From Candidatus Saganbacteria bacterium (GTDB lineage: Bacteria; Margulisbacteria; WOR-1; JAKLHX01): 32,000 nt of DNA. Each line of letters opens with the position of its first letter. Position 1 is the stretch's first letter. The notes below the pieces were generated by a model. That model saw only the letters and a list, made by a program, of their open reading frames with translations. It was not told the DNA's origin and made no database searches. Below are positions 1 to 8,823 of the stretch, one piece after another. Location: NCBI GenBank assembly GCA_026387835.1, contig JAPLKZ010000005.1, positions 120,001 through 152,000 of the forward strand, given 5' to 3'. A program made the position numbers and the translations under genes.

Positions 1-2
1 CT

Positions 3-191
3 GTTAAATACATGCTCGAGAACTATTTCATCGCGGATATACCGATCATCCTGGCTGCGATAGACCCGTGTTTCTCGTGCGCTGACAGGATGGTCAGGGT
101 CGCGGAACCCGATCACGAGCATGTGATGACATGGGAGGCACTGAGCAAATTCGGAATAGAATGGTACAAGAAAAATGGAAATAATATTTAA
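3..191 (+). CDS. C-terminal fragment of group 4 membrane-bound [NiFe]-hydrogenase large subunit (Mbh/Ech-like), 5' truncated by window edge
   Basis: Frame 3 from the window start reads VKYMLENYFIADIPIILAAIDPCFSCADRMVRVAEPDHEHVMTWEALSKFGIEWYKKNGNNI*. The DPCxxC motif is the C-terminal Ni-Fe ligand pair that NuoD of complex I lacks. It is followed by NuoH-like and ferredoxin genes. Confidence 0.8.
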   Translation, partial: VKYMLENYFIADIPIILAAIDPCFSCADRMVRVAEPDHEHVMTWEALSKFGIEWYKKNGNNI

Positions 192-1110
192 ATTATTCTA
201 TCTTCTGATATTCCCGGGATTTTTATTCCTGGTATTTTACGGTCTTTTCCTTGAATGGATCGACCGAAAGCTTCTGGCAAAATTCCAGAACCGCGTGGGG
301 CCTCCGTGGTTCCAGCCTGTCGCGGATTTCATAAAGCTTTTCGCGAAAGAAGATACTGTGCCGGCTAAGGCCGACAGGGCAATGTTCGCTCTCGCGCCGG
401 TATTTGCTCTCGCGGCGGTATTGACCACAATTGCTTTTATCCCGGTCATTGTCCCGGCGTTATATTCTTTTCCCGGGGATATAGTCGTGATCGCCTATCT
501 TTTAATGGTCCCGACATTTGGCCTGTTCCTGGGCGGCTGGTACTCGGCAAATTATTTTGCTTCCATAGGAGCCGTGAGAACGACTCTCCTGTTATTTTCG
601 TATGAAGTCCCGCTTTTAATGGCACTGCTCGGGCCCGCGATCCTTGCAGGGTCATGGAGCATCGAAGGTGTGATCGCTTTTCAGGCGGCCCATCCCTGGA
701 TCATACTCTATCAGCCTCTTGGCTTCATCGTTGTGCTGGTGTCTATTGTCGGCAAGCTCGAAAGGATCCCGTTCGACATACCGGAAGCCGAGACCGAGAT
801 AGTCGAAGGTCCGCTTTGCGAATACTCAGGAAAGAAGCTCGCTCTTTACAGGCTGATGTTCGATGTAGAGACTGTGATAGGAGCTTCGCTTATCAGCATA
901 TTCTATCTGGGCGGTTTTTACGGCGCGAACATCCTGTTGACAGCGGCAATATTTCTTGTAAAGACCTTGGTCGTCCTATTCATGATATCCCTGGCAAAAG
1001 CCGTATTCGGAAGGATCAGGATAGACCAGATGATAGAGTTCTGCTGGAAGATCCTGATGCCCACAGCGATACTCCAGTTTTTGCTGATAATAATAGCGAG
1101 ATTGTGGTAG
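175..1110 (+). CDS. NuoH/MbhM-like membrane subunit of hydrogenase / complex I family
   Basis: 311 aa, multi-TM, motifs ...DRKLLAKFQNRVGP, KLERIPFDIPEAETEIVEGPLCEYSGKK typical of the NuoH family. Overlaps the upstream large-subunit ORF by 17 nt. Confidence 0.88.
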   Translation: MEIIFKLFYLLIFPGFLFLVFYGLFLEWIDRKLLAKFQNRVGPPWFQPVADFIKLFAKEDTVPAKADRAMFALAPVFALAAVLTTIAFIPVIVPALYSFPGDIVVIAYLLMVPTFGLFLGGWYSANYFASIGAVRTTLLLFSYEVPLLMALLGPAILAGSWSIEGVIAFQAAHPWIILYQPLGFIVVLVSIVGKLERIPFDIPEAETEIVEGPLCEYSGKKLALYRLMFDVETVIGASLISIFYLGGFYGANILLTAAIFLVKTLVVLFMISLAKAVFGRIRIDQMIEFCWKILMPTAILQFLLIIIARLW

Positions 1111-1119
1111 GAGAAAAAA

Positions 1120-1500
1120 ATGCTTGGAGCTTTGATACCTGAATCAATAAGACAGCTTTTTAAGAAGGCCGCGACAAACATGTATCCTGCGGAACAATTT
1201 GCGACGCCGGCTGACTTTCGGGGTAAGCTTGTCGCTGACATAAAGAAATGCATCGGCTGCAAACTTTGCATGCGGGACTGCTCCGCGCAGGCGATAGAAG
1301 TCATAGACGTAACGCCTCCTCCGCCGCCGGAAGCTCAGGAAAAACAGAAGAAGAAATTTAAGCTTAACATCTATCTTGACCGTTGCGTCTATTGCGGCCA
1401 ATGCATGGAGAATTGCCCGACAGACACCCTTTCGATGGAGTCAACGCACGATCTTGCCTCTTATGACAGGGCATCGTTGAAGACTGAATACGAGTTTTAG
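1120..1500 (+). CDS. 2x[4Fe-4S] ferredoxin subunit (NuoI/MbhN-like)
   Basis: 126 aa with two clusters CIGCKLCMRDC and CVYCGQCMENCP. Confidence 0.85.
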   Translation: MLGALIPESIRQLFKKAATNMYPAEQFATPADFRGKLVADIKKCIGCKLCMRDCSAQAIEVIDVTPPPPPEAQEKQKKKFKLNIYLDRCVYCGQCMENCPTDTLSMESTHDLASYDRASLKTEYEF

Positions 1501-1501
1501 T

Positions 1502-2887
1502 CTATCTTCTCTTATCCGGTGAAAGGTATTTCTTGCGGGTCGTGACGTTCTTGTAGGCCGGCCGTATTATGCGCTTTGATACCATCAGTTCCTCTATCCT
1601 GTGCGCCATCCAGCCGGAGATGCGCGCCATGGCGAACAGCGGAGTGTAAAGGTCCTGCGAGATGCCGAGGCAGTTGTACACAAAGCCGGAGAAAAAATCG
1701 ACATTAGGAGCGATTATCTTAGTATTCTGTTTTACCTCAAGGAAGGTCTGCGGGACCAGCTCTTCCATGTTCAGATACAGCTGTAATTCCTGCTCGTGTC
1801 CTTTTTCCTGGGCGAGGCGGATGGCGTACTCTTTCAATATTACTGCTCTCGGGTCCGATTTTGTGTAGACGGCATGCCCGAAACCGTAGATCTTCCCGCT
1901 CCTGTCCCCGACTTCGCAGCGCATCAATTTCGCGATGTAATTTTTCAGCTCTTCCTTGTTCGTCCAGTCCTTGACGTTCTTCTTGATATCTTCCATCATC
2001 GTCATCACGCTCAGGTTGGCGCCGCCGTGCAGAGGCCCTTTCAGGGACGCGATCGCTCCGGATATAGAGGAATAAGCGTCTGTCCCCGAAGACGAGGTGA
2101 CCCTGGTGGCAAAAGTCGAATTGTTCCCGCCCCCGTGGTCCGCGTGGAGCATAAGCATCACGTCAAGCACCTGGGCTTCCGTCTTGGTGAAGTGGTGGTC
2201 TTTTCTCAGCATATGGAAAAAGTTCTCCGCCGTCATCAGGCCGTCGTTAGGGGGCTGGATGAACAGGGTCTCGTTATAGAATTTAGAGCGCATCGCGTGA
2301 TACGCGTGGACGATTATGACGGGGAACTTTGCTATTAAAGATATGGCCTGTTTTATCTGGTTATCGATCGACAGGCTGTCAGCATCCGGATCGGCACTGT
2401 AGAGCGCAAGAGTAGCCCTGGCCAGGCTGTTCATGATGTTTCGCGCCCTGAAGTTCAGTATGATATCTCTTGTGAAGTTCTCGGGCAGGTGCCTTTCTTT
2501 GACAAATAAATCGGTGAACTCCTTGAACTCCCTTTTTTTCGGGAGCTCGCCGAACAGAAGAAGATAGATGACTTCTTCAAAACCGAACCTGTCGTCCTGT
2601 TTTATGCCGTTGATGATATCGTTCACGTCTATTCCCCTGTATTCAAGGCGGCCTTCAACGGGGACGATATCCTCGTCGATCTTTTCGTAGCCTAAAACCG
2701 AGGCGATACGGGTCAATCCTACTAAAACGCCGCTGCCGTCCTCATTCCTCAGGCCCCTTTTTACGTTGTATTTTTTAAAAAGGTCCTGGCTGATATTATT
2801 GTTCTCATTGCATTTTTCATGCAGGCGCTGAATAAGGTCCTTCTTCTCATTTTCCATATTTAAATAATACCATAACTTTGTTGACAA
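1502..2887 (-). CDS. gltA: Citrate synthase
   Basis: 461 aa with LEYRGIDVNDII, LHADHGGGNNSTFATRVTSSSGTDAYSSISGAIASLKGPLHGGAN, GFGHAVYTKSDPRA, ARISGWMAHRIEE. Probable real start is the internal Met at about 2857 (MENEKKDL). Confidence 0.92.
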   Translation of the reverse strand: MSTKLWYYLNMENEKKDLIQRLHEKCNENNNISQDLFKKYNVKRGLRNEDGSGVLVGLTRIASVLGYEKIDEDIVPVEGRLEYRGIDVNDIINGIKQDDRFGFEEVIYLLLFGELPKKREFKEFTDLFVKERHLPENFTRDIILNFRARNIMNSLARATLALYSADPDADSLSIDNQIKQAISLIAKFPVIIVHAYHAMRSKFYNETLFIQPPNDGLMTAENFFHMLRKDHHFTKTEAQVLDVMLMLHADHGGGNNSTFATRVTSSSGTDAYSSISGAIASLKGPLHGGANLSVMTMMEDIKKNVKDWTNKEELKNYIAKLMRCEVGDRSGKIYGFGHAVYTKSDPRAVILKEYAIRLAQEKGHEQELQLYLNMEELVPQTFLEVKQNTKIIAPNVDFFSGFVYNCLGISQDLYTPLFAMARISGWMAHRIEELMVSKRIIRPAYKNVTTRKKYLSPDKRR

Positions 2888-2957
2888 TTAAAGAATATTT
2901 GTTATATTTAACATAAGCAATAAGTCCTGATAGACAAAAATATCTAAGGAGACAACA

Positions 2958-4004
2958 ATGAACACAATGATCCATTTCCGCTGGAAGATGCTTCTGATAC
3001 CGGTAATAATATTGACGATCTTATATATGATGTACCGCGTGCCTAACACGATAGGGACATTCCTGATCGGTCTGATGATCTACCTTATATTAGACCCGCT
3101 GGTGGACGCGCTGGCAAAAAGATACAAATCAAGAGCCCTGATAACGTTAATAGTCTTCACACTGGTGTTGCTGTTGTTTGTCCTGTTCCTGGTCCCGCTG
3201 AACTATCTTGCCCAGGTGGAATTGCCGAAGTTCATAACTCAGACGCCGGTATATTTAGAGTCCTTTAAATCGATGATAAAAGCATTTGACAGTAAATTCG
3301 CGTTCCTTTCGCAGTTATTGGGGCTGGGATCGCAGGGGATATTTACTTTGATGTTCAAGAGCATGGCTTCACAAAACTTCGTAACGACGATAGCCTCGAA
3401 TTCAGCGGACCTTTTCATGAAGATCGCGACGATCTCTTTCGACTTTATCATGGGGCTGATAATAGCGGCTTATCTTATCATCGACGAGCCGAGGATACTT
3501 TCTTTCATAGAAAAGCACCTGCCGAAAAAACTGACACTGATCAACAGGGAAATGTGGCACGATATGCTGAGGTGCATCTCCGGATACTTCGGCGGGATAT
3601 TGTTGTTAGGTCTTATATTATTTGCATTGAGCTGGATAGGGCTTGCTGTTCTGAACGTCCCGTATGCCTTCATGCTTTCCGTATGGGCCGGGATGACGAT
3701 AATTATCCCCTATATCGGGCCGTTCGCCGGTTCTATACCAGCTGTAGCGGTCGCGCTAACGAATGGCATATGGCTCGGTACTATAGTTGCAGTGTTCATG
3801 ACGATACTGCAGTTCATCGTGACAAGCGTGGTCGGGCCAAAGGTCCTGGGAGAGATAATCGGGATACATCCTATCATTGTCATACTCGCTTTGATAATCG
3901 GGGGCGAGCTTGGCGGGCTTGTGGGCATGATCCTTGCGGTTCCGCTCACCAGTGTCATAGTCATCTTTTTAAGATACTACTGGCCGATGTTCATTGAGGA
4001 TTAG
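2958..4004 (+). CDS. AI-2E transporter family (PerM/YdgQ-like) membrane permease
   Basis: 348 aa, 7-8 TM segments, YIGPFAGSIPAVAVAL and GEIIGIHPIIVILALIIGGELGGLVGMILAVPLTSV motifs. Confidence 0.85.
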   Translation: MNTMIHFRWKMLLIPVIILTILYMMYRVPNTIGTFLIGLMIYLILDPLVDALAKRYKSRALITLIVFTLVLLLFVLFLVPLNYLAQVELPKFITQTPVYLESFKSMIKAFDSKFAFLSQLLGLGSQGIFTLMFKSMASQNFVTTIASNSADLFMKIATISFDFIMGLIIAAYLIIDEPRILSFIEKHLPKKLTLINREMWHDMLRCISGYFGGILLLGLILFALSWIGLAVLNVPYAFMLSVWAGMTIIIPYIGPFAGSIPAVAVALTNGIWLGTIVAVFMTILQFIVTSVVGPKVLGEIIGIHPIIVILALIIGGELGGLVGMILAVPLTSVIVIFLRYYWPMFIED

Positions 4005-4203
4005 CTGTAATATAACAACCCGGACCTGATATTCAGCAGGCAGAAGATAGTGATAAAGAAATAGATAAAAATATTTCTTGACAATCAAAGCCTTTCTATT
4101 ATAATTAGAATATTATTTTTATATATATACAAAATACCAGGAGTTTTGCTTGAAGAACGATCAACACAATAAAGGCCTCAGAAATTATCTGTGCCGAAAA
4201 GTC

Positions 4204-5001
4204 ATGAAGTTCACGGCTTTTATCGCGTTCATATCCATCATTTTATTTTCAGCGCAGCCGTCATTCGCGCTTGTGGCGGCGACTGGCGGAGCGATCACAT
4301 ATGACGGAGATTATACTGTCCACACTTTCACTCAAGAGGGCACGTTCCTTGTGACCGGCGGCACTTTGAGCTGCGAAGTGCTTGTTGTGGGCGGCGGAGG
4401 AGCAGGCGCATTCAACATAGGAGCAGTCGACGCAGGAGGCGGCGGAGGAGGCGGCGGTGTTATAGTATCAAATAAAAATTTAAGCGGTTCGTATGCCGTA
4501 ACAATAGGTTCCGGCGGCAGTGGTCCTTTTGATTTTCAAATTCATAACGGGTACCCTTCTTTTCTTGGTTCTTTAGTAACGGCAGAAGGCGGAGGCGGGG
4601 GTGCTTATTCAGGAGCAAATGGTGATCACGGCGGTTCAGGTGGCGGAGCTGCTTATACCATCAGCGATCCGGGAACAGGGGAAGCCGGTCAGGGATATGG
4701 CGGAGGCCATAATATAGATGGGAGTTCCTCCGCGTCTGCAGGAGGAGGCGGCGCGGGAGCAGCCGGTTCAGACGTGACTTCCGAGGCCGGTTCAAACGGA
4801 GGTAACGGAGTATTGTTCCATGGTACGTATTATGGAGGCGGAGGAGGCGGAGGCGGGGGATCTGGGGATGGTGGAATAGGCGGCAGTGGCGGAGGAGGTA
4901 ATGGAGGTAAGGGAGGTGGAGGTCCGGATGGTGGGGGATCAGACGCGACGCCTAATACAGGCGGAGGCGGCGGTGGTGATGGGTATTATGACAATCAGTG
5001 A
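4204..5001 (+). CDS. Secreted glycine-rich protein (N-terminal part of a glycine-rich surface domain); track ORF begins at TTG 4150
   Basis: Signal peptide [22 protein letters not shown] followed by [15 protein letters not shown]...[10 protein letters not shown] and long Gly tracts. It stops just before the expected closing [10 protein letters not shown] strand, which lies in the next ORF. Confidence 0.65.
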   Translation: MKFTAFIAFISIILFSAQPSFALVAATGGAITYDGDYTVHTFTQEGTFLVTGGTLSCEVLVVGGGGAGAFNIGAVDAGGGGGGGGVIVSNKNLSGSYAVTIGSGGSGPFDFQIHNGYPSFLGSLVTAEGGGGGAYSGANGDHGGSGGGAAYTISDPGTGEAGQGYGGGHNIDGSSSASAGGGGAGAAGSDVTSEAGSNGGNGVLFHGTYYGGGGGGGGGSGDGGIGGSGGGGNGGKGGGGPDGGGSDATPNTGGGGGGDGYYDNQ

Positions 5002-5008
5002 TCATAAA

Positions 5009-7390
5009 ATGTTGAAATTAACAAACATATTTTTTAAAATTTTATGGGCCGCATTATTTTTAGTATATGCGCTTGCTCCTTTGTGCAGCGCAAACAACAG
5101 CGGCGGCTCGGGGATAGTGGTCATAAGATATTTGACCGATCAGCCTGCGACTACTTATGTTATCACGCCTGAAGCGGGAGCTAACGGAAGCATCAGCCCG
5201 GCTACAGCGCAGACAACTGATGAAGGAGGCAATATAACATTCACGTTCACTCCAAATACCGGTTACGGTGTTTCGCGCCTTCTTGTGGACGGTGTGGCGA
5301 CAGCGGTGGCGACAAGTTACACGTTCACGAATATTACCGCGAACCACACGATAGAAGCGGACTTTAGTCCTACGTTCATCTCAACCTGGGACACGAGAAA
5401 TACATCGACGGGCTCAAGCAACGATCATCAGATCACGCTCCCTCTATACAGCGGCGGAACATATAACTTCACGGTCAATTGGGGAGACGGAAGCAGCGAA
5501 ACGATCACCGCTTATGATCAACCTGGAGTTACTCATACTTATGCATCGACGGGCGTCTACACGCTCGAGGCCAGCGGAACGATCGAGGGATGGAGTTTTT
5601 ATAATGTCGGAGACAAATTAAAGATAACAAATATCAGCCAGTGGGGACCATTAAGACTAGGGAACGGCCCTTCCAACGACGGCGGTCATTTTGACGGAAC
5701 ATCCAATTTAAAGATAACGGCGACGGATGTTCTGGACCTGACAGGGACAACCAGTATGATCAATGCTTTTGCATCCAGCGGGATCGACACAGTTCCTTCT
5801 ATGAATAGTTGGGATGTGTCAAATGTGAATACTATGAGGGGTATGTTTTCCGGCGCAACGCTGTTCAATCAGGACATCGGGAGCTGGCATGTTGATAACG
5901 TTACGGATATGAGTTCTATGTTCACCAGCGCATCATCATTCAATCAGAACATAGTAAGCTGGGATGTCTCAAAGGTCACGGATATGAGCAATATGTTCTG
6001 CGGCGCAGCCTCATTCAACCAGAATATAGGGAGCTGGAATGTATCAAGCGTTGAGAGTATGTTGCAAATGTTCGCTTCTGCCACCTCATTCAACGGGAAC
6101 ATAGGCGACTGGGGAACAAAAACATCCAAAGTTGCTAATATGAGTTCTATGTTCCAAAACGAGCAGTTGTTCAACCAGAACATAGGAAGCTGGGATGTTT
6201 CGAGCGTTACTGATATGAACCATATGTTCTTTGGCGCGATACAATTCAACCAGAACATAGGTAACTGGGATGTGTCAAAAGTCACTAATATGAACGGCAT
6301 GTTCTATTATGCAACATCATTCAACGGGAATATAGGCAACTGGGGGTCTAAAGTATCAAAAGTTACGGATATGCAGCATATGTTCGATTCCGATACCTCA
6401 TTCAATCAGAACATCGGGAGCTGGGACGTCTCAATCGTTACAAATATGAGCGGTATGTTTAATGAAGTAACATTATCAACGGCTAATTACAATAATTTGT
6501 TGACGGGATGGGCCGGCCTGACACTGCATAACGGCGTAACTTTCGATGGAGGAAATTCCAAATATAATGGAGGAACCCCCGAAGCCGCACATACAGTTTT
6601 GACCGGAACTTATGGCTGGACAATAACCGACGGTGGAATAATAACATGGACGATCACACCTGAAGCCGGAGCAAACGGTACGATAAGTCCGAGCACAGCG
6701 ACAACAACGAATGAGGGCTCGTCTACGACGTTCACGTTCACTCCGAACGCCCATTACCATGTATCGCAGGTGCTAGTAGACGGGGTTGCGACAACAGCGG
6801 CGACCAGTTACACGTTCACGAACGTGAGCGCTAACCATACGATAGAAGCTGATTTTGCACAAACTACATGGATGATAACTCCGGAAGCCGGAGCTAACGG
6901 GACGATAAGTCCAAGCACAGCGACAACAACTAATGACGGATCGTCTACGACGTTCACGTTCACGCCGAGCGCACATTACCATGTATCACAGGTGCTAGTA
7001 GACGGGGTTGCGACAACAGCGGCGACCAGTTACACGTTCACGAACGTTACCGCGAACCACACGATAGAAGCGGGTTTCAGCCAAACCACATGGATGATAA
7101 CGCCGGAAGCTGGAGCTAACGGGAGCATCAGTCCCGCTACGGTACAAACGACGAACGAGGGTTCAACAACAACGTTCACGTTCACTCCGAACGCCCATTA
7201 CCATGTATCGCAGGTACTGGTGGACGGACAGGAGCTAACGGGAGCATCAGCCCTGCTACTGTGCAGACAACGAATGAGGGTTCAACAACAACGTTCACGT
7301 TCACGCCGAGCGCACATTACCATGTATCACAGGTACTGGTGGACGGAGTGGCGACGACGGCGGCGACCAGTTACACGTTCACGAATGTGA
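5009..7390 (+). CDS. Giant modular surface protein copy 1, N-terminal fragment: end of glycine-rich domain, InlB-B-like repeat, PKD-like segment, BspA/DUF285-type repeats, InlB-B-like repeats; frame-disrupted near 7229
   Basis: ATG at 5009 gives signal peptide [28 protein letters not shown]. It is followed by [24 protein letters not shown] repeats and [20 protein letters not shown] repeats. The last ~50 residues are out-of-frame translation. The track start at 4886 is not credible. Confidence 0.7.
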   Translation: MLKLTNIFFKILWAALFLVYALAPLCSANNSGGSGIVVIRYLTDQPATTYVITPEAGANGSISPATAQTTDEGGNITFTFTPNTGYGVSRLLVDGVATAVATSYTFTNITANHTIEADFSPTFISTWDTRNTSTGSSNDHQITLPLYSGGTYNFTVNWGDGSSETITAYDQPGVTHTYASTGVYTLEASGTIEGWSFYNVGDKLKITNISQWGPLRLGNGPSNDGGHFDGTSNLKITATDVLDLTGTTSMINAFASSGIDTVPSMNSWDVSNVNTMRGMFSGATLFNQDIGSWHVDNVTDMSSMFTSASSFNQNIVSWDVSKVTDMSNMFCGAASFNQNIGSWNVSSVESMLQMFASATSFNGNIGDWGTKTSKVANMSSMFQNEQLFNQNIGSWDVSSVTDMNHMFFGAIQFNQNIGNWDVSKVTNMNGMFYYATSFNGNIGNWGSKVSKVTDMQHMFDSDTSFNQNIGSWDVSIVTNMSGMFNEVTLSTANYNNLLTGWAGLTLHNGVTFDGGNSKYNGGTPEAAHTVLTGTYGWTITDGGIITWTITPEAGANGTISPSTATTTNEGSSTTFTFTPNAHYHVSQVLVDGVATTAATSYTFTNVSANHTIEADFAQTTWMITPEAGANGTISPSTATTTNDGSSTTFTFTPSAHYHVSQVLVDGVATTAATSYTFTNVTANHTIEAGFSQTTWMITPEAGANGSISPATVQTTNEGSTTTFTFTPNAHYHVSQVLVDGQELTGASALLLCRQRMRVQQQRSRSRRAHITMYHRYWWTEWRRRRRPVTRSRM
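5750..6640 (+). repeat. BspA/DUF285-type leucine-rich-like tandem repeats, about 25-27 codons each
   Basis: Repeated (M)[25 protein letters not shown] units, periodically alternating with NGNIGxWGxKxSKVxxM variants. Confidence 0.8.
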
Positions 7391-7653
7391 GCGCGAACCA
7401 TACTATAGAAGCGGATTTCAGCCAAACAACATGGATGATCACGCCGGAAGCAGGAGCCAACGGGAGCATCAGCCCTGCCACGGTACAGACTACGAATGAG
7501 GGTTCAACAACAACGTTCATGTTCACCCCGAACGCCAATTATCATATATCGCAGGTGCTTATTGACGGTGTAGCAACAACGGCAGCCACCAGTTACACGT
7601 TCACGAATGTGAGCGCTAACTATACGATAGAGGCGAATTTTGAGATAAATGCC
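6647..7653 (+). repeat. Tandem InlB-B-like repeats with exact 222-nt (74 codon) period, interrupted by a 103-nt deletion
   Basis: Unit starts (TGG codon of W-[TM]-ITPEAGANG) at 6647, 6869, 7091, then 7432, with the next domain boundary at 7654. Spacings are 222, 222, 341 (=444-103) and 222. Confidence 0.88.
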
Positions 7654-8802
7654 TATCTGATAACCAGTGAAGCCGGTTCACATGGAACGGTCTCTCCGAG
7701 CGGAGAAACAAGCGTGAATTACGGAAACGACCAGCAATATCTAATAACACCGGAGGCCGGCTACAGCATATCGGATGTATTGGTAGATTCTGTCTCGCAG
7801 GGAAAGATCAGCAGTTATACGTTTACAAATGTCACTGCAAATCATTCAATTGAAGCGAGCTTTACCTCTTCGGCTATCACAGTGAACACGCCTGAAGCTG
7901 ATGCGTTCAGCGGAGTGACGACAACGGTGATCAAAGCCAACTGGAAAGCTAACGGGAATCCCGCGACAACGGAATATTATTGTGAGAATATTACAAAAGG
8001 AACAAACTCAGGCTGGATAACGGCATTTACATGGACATCGTCATCGCTTGAAGCAAGTACAATATACAACTTCCGCGTCAAGGCGAGGATCACTGCAACT
8101 GCTGAGAGCGGATGGGCGGCTCTCGGGACACAGGAGACAACAGCACAGGCTACGTCTGACGCGTCTATCGCAGGAGTCAGTCTAAAGGACGGAGATACCA
8201 TCTCAAGCACGCTGACGATAACAGTATCAATGACAGGAGAAAGCACAATAAGTTCTTCGTCACTGAGACCACAGGCAACGCTGGGAGGAGTGAAAAGTGT
8301 GTATGTTGACGGAGTCGCAGTAGCCTATGACATTATTTCTACAACATCCACGGCAGTGACACTGAAACTGCGCGACGCTCTTTCTGTCGGAACTCATACG
8401 GTCAGGGTAATAACTTATGATACCGCGGGGACTGAATATGTTTTAGAAAGGACCGGCTTATCCGTATCTTCTGGTGCTATCACAACAACGGGTCCTACAT
8501 TAGTATATCCAAACCCGTATGATCCTTTAGCCGGGAATCTCAAGATAACGTATTATCTTTCTGTTGATACAGGAACAACCATATATGTATTTGACACATC
8601 GGGAAGATTAGTATGGAAGAGCAGCTATGACAGCGGTACTAACGGAGGCAAGGCGGGATATAACGAAGTTCTCTGGAATGCAATCGATATGTTTGGCAGC
8701 CCGCTTGCAAGCGACACGTATTTCATCAACATAATAGAGCAGGGGACAGGGAGAGCGATAACGAAGGTGAAGCTTGTGGTATGGAAAGGCGGAGTGAGAT
8801 AG
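7261..8802 (+). pseudogene. Giant modular surface protein copy 1, C-terminal fragment (downstream of frameshift): InlB-B-like repeats, Fn3-like module, FlgD/T9SS-like C-terminal domain
   Basis: The frame continues homology to the upstream ORF ([17 protein letters not shown] from 7231) and matches the C-terminus of the intact paralog at 10129..14196. Either a disrupted gene or an assembly collapse. Confidence 0.65.
8491..8799 (+). other. FlgD-Ig / T9SS-like C-terminal domain of giant protein copy 1
   Basis: GPTLVYPNPYDPLAGNLKITYYLSVDTGTTIYVFDTSGRLVWKSSYDSGTNGGKAGYNEVLWNAIDMFGSPLASDTYFINIIEQGTGRAITKVKLVVW. Confidence 0.75.
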
Positions 8803-8823
8803 GGATAAGAATGAGGGAGAGGA

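Noticed and set aside
1796-2338. 180-aa plus-strand ORF
   Set aside because: Antisense to a well-supported citrate synthase, with no recognisable protein features.
4390-4990. Gly-codon-rich low-complexity tract considered as a non-coding or repetitive mobile element
   Set aside because: It is read through as a continuous glycine-rich secreted domain with typical flanking motifs ([10 protein letters not shown]), so a coding explanation suffices.
4886-5008. Track start of the 834-aa ORF ([17 protein letters not shown]...)
   Set aside because: This stretch is an out-of-frame reading of the glycine-rich repeats of the upstream ORF. The credible start is ATG 5009 with a signal peptide.
7200-7270. 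Programmed ribosomal frameshift joining 5009..7390 and 7261..8802
   Set aside because: No slippery heptamer is evident at the join. The 222-nt repeat arithmetic shows 103 nt missing, so deletion or misassembly explains the frame change better.
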